Source: Chitinophagaceae bacterium
GTDB taxonomy: Bacteria > Bacteroidota > Bacteroidia > Cytophagales > JASGCU01
NCBI GenBank assembly: GCA_030053935.1
Contig: JASGCU010000006.1
Location: forward strand, 1 to 60,429
Length of the DNA: 60,429 nt
Direction: 5' to 3'
The position numbers were made by a program, and so were the translations under genes. The notes beneath the pieces were generated by a model that saw only the letters and a list, made by a program, of their open reading frames with translations, had not been told where the DNA came from and made no database searches. This document shows positions 30,601 to 37,256 of the stretch, in pieces; within the stretch, counting starts at the first letter, position 1, and each line of letters starts with the position of its first letter.

Positions 30601-32699
30601 CTGTTGGTATGAGAAAACGTACCATTCGTGTTCTTATAGAGAGTAGTTGGGTTTGTTGCGGAGGAAGTAAAGCTTCCTGCGATTATATCTACAAATGTAT
30701 TGCCATCAATGTCTCCTATGCTGAGAGAAGCATTATTATATACAGAGTTATTAAATGTTTGACTGCTTCTCGTAAAAGCAGTTCCCCCATTGTTTGTATA
30801 GAGATTTATTCCGGCGGTAGATGCTACGAAGAGGTCTAAGTATCCATCATTATTATAATCAGCAAAGTCGCTTACAGCATTTAATTGTGGGGTAAAGGTA
30901 AAAGCAGAAGAGCTTATTTCTGTATAGAGAGGGAGCGAGACAGAGACAGATGGGGAGATGAAAGTCCTTTTGTTGAGGTGGGAAACTATTCGGCAATAGT
31001 ATGTATCGGGATTGAGTTCCGTTATGACCAGAGAATCTGTATTGAGAGAAAGAACCCTCTGTTTGTATCCGGGGGCAAAGGAACTAAAATCTTTCTCTCG
31101 AGATATATCTATTCTGTATTCTATTCCCGGCATGTTGGGTATTTGTTGCCATTTCAGTACAAATCCATTGTGAGTTTGGCGGAGTATAGTAGGAATAACA
31201 AAGAGAACGCTATCTTCAGCAAATGGTCCCCCTGCCCATGCCTCATCTACTGCTTGTACTCCCCAATAATAAATTCCTGACCCGCTGACAGGAAAATGTC
31301 TCATCCAGTAGCTATTTCCTTGTATATCCCCTCTCTCTGCTATTTTTCTTCTTCCTTTATGGGGTCCCTCAGTAAAAGAATGAGATGCTCGCAGTATATT
31401 TTTGTGTTCTTTGCTACCAAAATAGAGAGTATAGCTCAGACCTTTTTGTGGTGTTTCTCTATCAGTAGCACTCTGCCAAGAAAAGGTGCTGATTCCTCCA
31501 CTCCCCGAATAGTGAATGTTGAGTGGAGCGGAAGGAAGAGTATTCGGAACTGTTCCTTCATTTCTAGAGAGAATAATCCTTGTGCTAGTGCGGGAAACAA
31601 TATCCAAATCCCCATCATTATCCACATCTCCAAAAATATTAACACCATGCTCGGAAGAAGTATAAGTACTCAACCTACTAAAAAAACCGGTTCCTGTATG
31701 GGTAAATATATCCACACGATTGTTTATAAGTATGTCTGTTGTGGCATCATTGTTATAATCTCCTGCAGAGAGTCGAGTGTCGGATCCTTCCAAAGCAGAT
31801 AAAACAGAAGATACTCTTTGAAAAATCCCTGTGGTTCTCTCCCTATTTGGTAAATAAAAGAGTATGTCACCAGATCCTCTATTATGTCCCAGAGCAGCTA
31901 TATCTATATACCCATCCTTATCTCCATCCATGATCTCCGCTGATAGTATATATATGGAATCATTATACCATATTTCATTAAAAACCCCTCCATTATTCTC
32001 ATAGTATCTTGACCCAGCATAAGTACTCGCTACAGAATTAGACTGATTTCCATAATAGAACCCATCCTTATCTCCATCATTATCAAAGTCGGCAAATAAC
32101 GGACCTTCGGTAGCAGATCCTACAAGACCAAAAACTCTTTGTTGCAAGAGAGAAAATCCCGTACCATCGTTACGGTAGAGAGAATTTTCAATACTTCCTC
32201 GCGCAACAGAAGAAAAGATATCCAAAAGTCCATCATTGTTGAAATCCACCAAGCTGTATAGTGATTCACTATTATTAGTAATAATAGTGCGACGAAAGGT
32301 AGGTGTGCCTGTAGCATCGAGTGAATCATTGTTTGTGAATAAAGATGTTCCCAATGCTATATCTATATCACCATCATTATCTGCATCGCCGATTGCAAAT
32401 ATACTACTCCCATTAACAGTAGCATCAATGCTAAAAGAGATTGGGTATTTGGTAAAAGATGTTCCTGTATTATTTTTATATATTTCTAATGTGGGAGATC
32501 CTCCTTCACGGTACAGAGACAAAAAATCCAAGTAACCATCATTATCTATATCTGCAAATGTATTATAAACAGGTATTTTAGATGTGGAATCTATTGGCAT
32601 AAAAGCATTTGGTACGGTTACAAATTGTGCTTCTGTGGATGAGCATACCAGCAATAATAAAAATAAAGAAGTAAAGAGTACTAATGGTTTGATTTTCAT
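27630..32699 (-). CDS. giant T9SS-secreted protein: 2 x (FG-GAP/VCBS repeat block + FN3-like module), 6 Ig-like repeats, T9SS C-terminal domain
   Basis: 1689 aa. Signal peptide; two blocks of 7 D.D.DG..D calcium-type repeats (DIDNDGYLDF ... GDVDNDGDLDI; ADYNNDGYLDL ... ADYDNDGDLDF), each followed by a related ~110-aa module. Six ~85-aa repeats (Q.ITF......YGDAPF..A.S.S.LPISY.SS......TV.I..AG...ITAY..GN..Y). C-terminal IKLYPNPAKDYITIKS...GEYIVIMYGEGG. Confidence 0.85.
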   Translation of the reverse strand: MKIKPLVLFTSLFLLLLVCSSTEAQFVTVPNAFMPIDSTSKIPVYNTFADIDNDGYLDFLSLYREGGSPTLEIYKNNTGTSFTKYPISFSIDATVNGSSIFAIGDADNDGDIDIALGTSLFTNNDSLDATGTPTFRRTIITNNSESLYSLVDFNNDGLLDIFSSVARGSIENSLYRNDGTGFSLLQQRVFGLVGSATEGPLFADFDNDGDKDGFYYGNQSNSVASTYAGSRYYENNGGVFNEIWYNDSIYILSAEIMDGDKDGYIDIAALGHNRGSGDILFYLPNRERTTGIFQRVSSVLSALEGSDTRLSAGDYNNDATTDILINNRVDIFTHTGTGFFSRLSTYTSSEHGVNIFGDVDNDGDLDIVSRTSTRIILSRNEGTVPNTLPSAPLNIHYSGSGGISTFSWQSATDRETPQKGLSYTLYFGSKEHKNILRASHSFTEGPHKGRRKIAERGDIQGNSYWMRHFPVSGSGIYYWGVQAVDEAWAGGPFAEDSVLFVIPTILRQTHNGFVLKWQQIPNMPGIEYRIDISREKDFSSFAPGYKQRVLSLNTDSLVITELNPDTYYCRIVSHLNKRTFISPSVSVSLPLYTEISSSAFTFTPQLNAVSDFADYNNDGYLDLFVASTAGINLYTNNGGTAFTRSSQTFNNSVYNNASLSIGDIDGNTFVDIIAGSFTSSATNPTTLYKNTNGTFSHTNSGINGVTGTASSINDYDNDGDMDVFIAGGISGASSTLFKNSNNTGFTSCNPQCHSISFADAHVDFDFDNDGDIDIVTNNASGNNGSQQEVYVFNNTGMARFRGQDNTAEQVEKLYRGKFIAADYNNDGRRDLLYAGGYLGYDTYRAVSFLERNDGIVPLTRVTSPIPRLTYPTLNFADYDGDGDFDIFISGYTRYFSSLGSVVCSLYKNSNGEFIPAEEVISNYPVSDGGSSFADYDNDGDLDFFIIGGTMLNGSDVFTTPIAKLYRNESLDKNSRPGVPRNLQSSVSAGNRVTLVWESSRDEETAEKTLNYNLYVGTTRGRDNIRSSHAFIGGANDGIRKIVGQGTIQGNIYWLSGLANGKYYWSVQAIDAGFSGSPWGAQDSFVISSTIRTADTITFSALPQKTLGDAPFTISTTSKSSLPIQYISTNTQIATVNENTIHIHAAGTTSIIALSTGNNTYYAAIPVSRDLRVSKNPQQLRFFRQIERKTVVDPYFVLNHASASSNLKVLYSSSMPSIVDIYEDTIGVIYKTGTVVITAYNKGNANYTSAKDTFVLEVTKKDQSIRFVNIPADRTYGDRAFILVATSHSALPISFSSSSSAIIRILQNTATINGAGTTNITAYNLGDDFYFEASVSQIITIQKGTQTITFLQLSDKTYGNAPFLLTASSSSSLPISYSSSNTIIVLSRNTVNIVWAGPTSITAYQTGNENYLPAESKTISLRIFPTSSISINKQSQHIVFLEIPHKSIGDAPFILTATSQSYLEILFSTSSNVVSLSKNTVTIVSTGAVEITAYNTGDEFYDAESIRRQFIIIDPNKKTQSITFPDVPTLSINSTYTLLATASSSLPVSYMANSNLLTITGNTITTMRVGTVTVTAFQNGNAEYNPANSQEKIITITEFGDPLTLIKTYNSSIKLYPNPAKDYITIKSNVKIEAYKIYDKSGKILLLSKRIIPPLEWKIDIKHLSKGEYIVIMYGEGGRILKTEKIIKER

Positions 32700-33065
32700 G
32701 ATTGAATATTTTAGGTTATTTAATAAGCATTTTATTAAGATGAGAGAGTAAAAATGGATTGTATTATTTTGAAAGAGTAATAATACAATGTTTTTTTATG
32801 TTTTTTTATTTTGTTCTGTTTTACATACTTTTTATTGTTTATAAGATGAGATTATTGCGAATTAAAAACATAAAAAACAAATATTGTATTTCACGAATAC
32901 TATGGGCTTGAAGTTCATTTTATTTGTATTTGTTTTTTTACAAATATTACAGGGTTTAAAAAGCGACGTAGTTGTGTCATTTTTGTAGAAAAAATAAAAT
33001 AGAAACAAAAGATGGGTAGCACCGAAACAAAAATATTGTAATGTATGAAGAATGAAAAAAAATAA

Positions 33066-33238
33066 AGATGGGTTCTAAAAATTAAAATTCTAATTGACCT
33101 CCCCTCCACGAAAACGTGTTAGGTTTTCAAAACCTAACACGTTTTCGTGAGGGGTTGGGGGAGGTCAAAATATACCAATTACTTCTTCAACCTTATTTAC
33201 CAACAAAATAAGGTAATTTTGAATTTTTAGAACCCTCC
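33066..33238. mobile_element. MITE-like element, family 1, copy 3 (long variant with different cargo)
   Basis: Ends AGATGGGTTCTAAAAATTAAAAT ... GAATTTTTAGAACCCTCC, the same termini as copies 1, 2 and 4. The interior differs and includes a 71-bp palindrome. Confidence 0.7.
33096..33166. repeat. 71-bp near-perfect palindrome (long hairpin)
   Basis: GACCTCCCCTCCACGAAAACGTGTTAGGTTTT / AAAACCTAACACGTTTTCGTGAGGGGTTGGGGGAGGTC. The inner 21 bp arms pair perfectly and the outer GACCTCCCC/GGGGAGGTC also pair. Confidence 0.85.
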
Positions 33239-33305
33239 TAAAGAGTATGAATCTTACAGGACAAGAAAAGGGATGTCTTTATTGGTATTATAAAAATTGT
33301 TTTTC

Positions 33306-35198
33306 TTACCATTTTGTATGTGAAAAGTTATGAAAAGGGATTTCATAACGAAGAGTAATGGAGAAATTGATTTTTGGAAGAGGTCTGTATTCTAAAATTT
33401 CATAATCTGTATTGAGTATATTGTTCACAGAAAAAATAGTAAAAAAATGATTCCATGTATATCCAATAGAAGCATTCCAAATTATATAAGCAGATAGGGT
33501 GTTTTTATTGTCTAAGCTGGTAAAGCGTTTTCCGGTATAAGAGATATAATTTTGTATTTCTACATTTTTTAGGAGGAAAGAAAGAGAATAGGTTCCATTA
33601 TGGATGGGATAGTAGGGTAAGTATTTTTGAAAATACCCTTCTGATGTATCATTTATAAGGGCTTGGGTGAAAAAATAATGTATATTTTGTTTGAGAATAA
33701 AGAAAGAAAGTTTTTTTACTAAAGAAAAAGAAAAGTGTATACCTGAAGAATATACTTTGCGAATATTTTGTGGTATCCAATAATTATTTGTTTGGTGAGG
33801 TGACCAGAGAATCCAATCATGTATCCAGTGATGAAAATAGGTAATTTCTATTTCTGCATTGGTTTTTGGGGTTTTGAATATTCCTAATGCTCCTATATCT
33901 ATATTCCATCCTATTTCAGGACGTATATCGGGGTTTCCTCCTGGAACCCAGTACCTTTCATTTGCAGAGGGATATCTATAACTTCTATTGATTTGGTTTT
34001 TGAGAAAGATACTTGTTTTTTCTTTGGCAAGAACTTTCAAAGTTTGCCCTAAGGAGGGGGTAAAAGGTATAAAAGAGCTATTTATAATCGTCATTCTATA
34101 ATAAGCACTTATTTTCCACTTCGGGAAGGGGATCCATGTAGCTCCTAAAAAACCCTCTAATCTTGTTTCTTGCTTATCGGCTGTATAATAGGGAATTTTC
34201 AAAAGAAGATGCCTCATAAAAATTCCATACTGTATATCTAACTGTGAATACAGAGCGTATTCGCTTTGTAATTTTCCTAAAAATTGATGGGTAGTATTGT
34301 ATGTAGTATTGAACAGTAAGAGGTCGTAAAAATATGCTCCTTGTATTTTATAGGTTCTTTTTTTTTTAGTAAGGGCATTATAAGAAATATTGGTTCTCAC
34401 AGAACCGTCTTCTTGAGTATTTAAGGGAAGAGGGATTGTATACGGATTTATAATATTTCTAAAAAAATGAGAAGCCCATGTATCTACTTGTATATTTTTT
34501 TTTTCAGAAAGAGCGTATTGTATGCTCATTTTTATTCCTCCATTAGTAAAACTGCCGTTTTGTTGGGTTTCTATGGGATTATTGGGCTTGGTATTATTTC
34601 TATAAGAATACTTATTTGCAGAACTTTGATAAAAAAATGCGGTATGAAAAGAGAATTTTTTGAAAGCAAAAGCTCCTTTCAGCCCCAGTAAATAGGTATC
34701 AAAACTCCCTCCCTTTCCTAAAAAAGAGATACCGTATTTGTGAGGCATATCTTCTTCTATTTGAATACTTCCTCCTATAGCTCCCGATCCAACGAAAGCA
34801 CTACTTCCTCCATAATGTATAGATATATTCTCCGTCAGAATAGGGGAAATGAGAGCAAAATCATACTGCCCTAAAGAGGGGTATTCTACGGGGAAGCCAT
34901 TCCACAATAAAGAAGTATGCTGAGAGCTGGTACCTCTCAAGCTAATAGAGGAGAGCATGCCATTGCCATAGTTGTTAAAAAATATACCTTCTTGCTGCAG
35001 AACTTCAGAGAGGGAAGAGAAGTTCATTTTTTGTATATCCAAAGAATCGGAATAGGTAACCCGAAATCCTGTTGCATAATTTGTTGGTTTGAGAGAATGT
35101 ATATATACATCTTTGAGAAAAATAGTATCGTTTTGGGCAGATACATTCAAGCAACCTATATATAGTAGAAGAAGCACAGGGAGAGTATTTTTTTTCAT
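33306..35198 (-). CDS. TonB-dependent outer-membrane receptor
   Basis: Signal peptide, plug domain (SLSEVLQQEGIFFNNYGNGMLSSISLRGTSSQHTSLLWNGFPV), long beta-barrel with alternating pattern, aromatic C-terminus. 630 aa. Confidence 0.85.
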   Translation of the reverse strand: MKKNTLPVLLLLYIGCLNVSAQNDTIFLKDVYIHSLKPTNYATGFRVTYSDSLDIQKMNFSSLSEVLQQEGIFFNNYGNGMLSSISLRGTSSQHTSLLWNGFPVEYPSLGQYDFALISPILTENISIHYGGSSAFVGSGAIGGSIQIEEDMPHKYGISFLGKGGSFDTYLLGLKGAFAFKKFSFHTAFFYQSSANKYSYRNNTKPNNPIETQQNGSFTNGGIKMSIQYALSEKKNIQVDTWASHFFRNIINPYTIPLPLNTQEDGSVRTNISYNALTKKKRTYKIQGAYFYDLLLFNTTYNTTHQFLGKLQSEYALYSQLDIQYGIFMRHLLLKIPYYTADKQETRLEGFLGATWIPFPKWKISAYYRMTIINSSFIPFTPSLGQTLKVLAKEKTSIFLKNQINRSYRYPSANERYWVPGGNPDIRPEIGWNIDIGALGIFKTPKTNAEIEITYFHHWIHDWILWSPHQTNNYWIPQNIRKVYSSGIHFSFSLVKKLSFFILKQNIHYFFTQALINDTSEGYFQKYLPYYPIHNGTYSLSFLLKNVEIQNYISYTGKRFTSLDNKNTLSAYIIWNASIGYTWNHFFTIFSVNNILNTDYEILEYRPLPKINFSITLRYEIPFHNFSHTKW

Positions 35199-35344
35199 AA
35201 TTTATAGAAATGTGGTGGCTTGTATTTTTCTTTATGAAAGTGGGTCTGAAAATTTATTTTTGTAAAAAAACAAAAAAAGAGAGCATTTATGAGACGCTCC
35301 TTCTTATTATTTACAATTCATAATTTCCTTCTCAATTCATAACT

Positions 35345-35497
35345 TCTTTTCGCTCTTAATAACATTGAAACTGGTAAAAAAATAAAATAATAACATACTA
35401 TTTATTTTGGTTATTTTTGGCATATGTTCCAATTTCTTTTCTAATTTTAACACATAAAAGTGATACAGATACATAAAATAGTACATATTTCCGAATG
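35345..35497. repeat. repeat family 3, copy A (uninterrupted)
   Basis: Aligns with 21146-21195 plus 21315-21425. Lies ~150 bp 5' of the TonB-dependent receptor start on the minus strand. Confidence 0.7.
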
Positions 35498-35884
35498 TTG
35501 GGATTATTTACACTCATTAAGACTGTTGCGAAAGGATAATTCTACTATGCAATAAATCTCTCATTTTAAGGGATTAGGATAAACTTATGTAAAAATAAGG
35601 TGTGTGTTTTAGTTTCACAACGGTCTTATTGTATGTGATTTTTTTTGAGTGGGTATACAATACAAGAAAGAGAGGCAGAGCAGCTTTAGAAAAAATTATT
35701 TGGCTTCTTTTACAACTGGATTTGAGAGCTTATGAACAATGTATTTTAGCAGTATACATCCTATTAAGAGGGGAGTTTAATTGTATCTATTGAGTACAAC
35801 CACCTTTTTGTTTTTTTGTTTAAAAATACAAATATACCACAAAGTTCACAAACAAAACACGCTTTAAAACGTGGCTGTATGTTA

Positions 35885-37114
35885 TTATTTTGATAGCCTT
35901 ATGAGGCAAAAGACGGCATAATTAATCATATCTTGGTAGATGGATTTGACATTTTCTGAAACGAGAGTCATACCATCATTATCTTCTATTTGCTTTATCC
36001 GTAATAGTTTCATAAGGATAATATCGGTCATGGAGCTTATTCTCATTTCTTTCCATGCTTCATCGTAGTCGTGGTTTTTATTTGCTAGCAGAGTAATAAT
36101 TTCTTGTATGCAAATATCGTAGAGTGTAGGTCCGTTCTCAAAAGAAAAATCTGCATCTGTATTCTCTTCTCTATATATCAAAAAAAGAGCCATGAGGGAA
36201 TAATTTACTATTCCCATGAAGTCAAAGGTAATATCTTCATCTACTTTCTTGTTTTTTTTTTCTTGGATGCTTCGGATTCGCATTGCTTTTATATAGATTT
36301 GGTCGGTAAGAGAAGGCAGACGTAGTATTCTCCACGAAGTGCCGTAGTCCTTGTTTTTATTGATAAAGATATTTTTACACTTGTCTATTATTTTTTGAAA
36401 ATCATCTAAGGTGGTATTGTTTTGCATATTGGTATTTTGGGGAGAGAGGTGATTATATATTGCTTGCGCTATGGTGCTATCAATTGGGTGTGTAATTTTT
36501 ATATTTTCTGTATTTCCATCAATGAGGTTTATAGGGAAGTTCAGGGTTTCAAAGACAGAAGAGTCATCAGTCAAGGTATCGTTTTCTTTTTGGGAATATG
36601 CTTTTTTGAGAAGATGGGTTTGAAATACTTGTGGGGTTTGGATGATTTTATATTCCTTTCGGTTGAGAGATATGGAGGAATGATGTTCTATTTTTCGGAT
36701 AGATTCTTTCATTTCTATACAGGGGATAGCATTTCCGTGGAGTTTGGCTTGTTCAAAAGAATGGAGTATAACTGCGGGAGAAACAAAGGGTCGGACACCA
36801 TCGTGAACTGCGGTTATGCTTTCGTTGGGTATGGGTTCCAATCCATTTTTGACAGATTGGAATCTCGTGTTTCCTCCCTCTACCAAGCGATGAGGTACTT
36901 GAAAAGAGTGTTTTTGCACTAATTCTTCCCAAAGGGGAAAATATGTTTTGGGCAGGACTAAAATAATTTGGATAGTACCGTCTGTATTATGAAATACTTC
37001 TAAAGTTCTCATAAGGATGGGTTTCCCCCTTATGAGAAAAAATTGTTTCGGCACAGAGTTATTCATCCTCGTTCCTATTCCTCCCGCTACTATAATTGCG
37101 TATTGAGTATTCAT
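35885..37114 (-). CDS. ispD: IspD (2-C-methyl-D-erythritol 4-phosphate cytidylyltransferase) fused in frame to a DUF1599 domain
   Basis: N-terminal AIIVAGGIGTRMNNSVPKQFF, VHDGVRPF and IKITHPID match IspD. The C-terminal ~185 aa holds two DUF1599-type repeats (KNKDYGTSWRILRLPSLTDQIYIKAMRIRSIQ and KNHDYDEAWKEMRISSMTDIILMKLLRIKQIE). No stop codon separates the two parts. Start set to ATG 37114 (MNTQYAIIVAGG); the track start is 37174. Confidence 0.8.
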   Translation of the reverse strand: MNTQYAIIVAGGIGTRMNNSVPKQFFLIRGKPILMRTLEVFHNTDGTIQIILVLPKTYFPLWEELVQKHSFQVPHRLVEGGNTRFQSVKNGLEPIPNESITAVHDGVRPFVSPAVILHSFEQAKLHGNAIPCIEMKESIRKIEHHSSISLNRKEYKIIQTPQVFQTHLLKKAYSQKENDTLTDDSSVFETLNFPINLIDGNTENIKITHPIDSTIAQAIYNHLSPQNTNMQNNTTLDDFQKIIDKCKNIFINKNKDYGTSWRILRLPSLTDQIYIKAMRIRSIQEKKNKKVDEDITFDFMGIVNYSLMALFLIYREENTDADFSFENGPTLYDICIQEIITLLANKNHDYDEAWKEMRISSMTDIILMKLLRIKQIEDNDGMTLVSENVKSIYQDMINYAVFCLIRLSK

Positions 37115-37256
37115 TTTTGTTGTTTTTTTGTAAATATGTAAGTAATTTTTATTATTATTATAATAGTCCTTCATGGCTATCTTGGGATATTCAGTCCCGA
37201 ATGGGTTGTATACAGTAGCAACGGGCTTAGCTCATCACAAAAGTATGAACGAAAGA

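Noticed and set aside
32915-33109. 64-aa minus-strand ORF in the intergenic region
   Set aside because: It starts inside MITE copy 3 and the palindrome and runs through AT-rich spacer. Its translation is F/I-rich with no motif, so it is most likely non-coding.
35199-35600. Cobalamin (B12) riboswitch upstream of the TonB-dependent receptor
   Set aside because: I looked on the minus strand for the B12 box (…AGYCMGGAGACCKGCC… / GCCACTG). Only a weak AAGCCACCAC was found, and none of the other conserved elements. The region is instead occupied by repeat family 3.
35602-35793. 63-aa plus-strand ORF
   Set aside because: It is isolated, has no motif, lies between minus-strand genes in repeat-rich spacer, and its composition is atypical.
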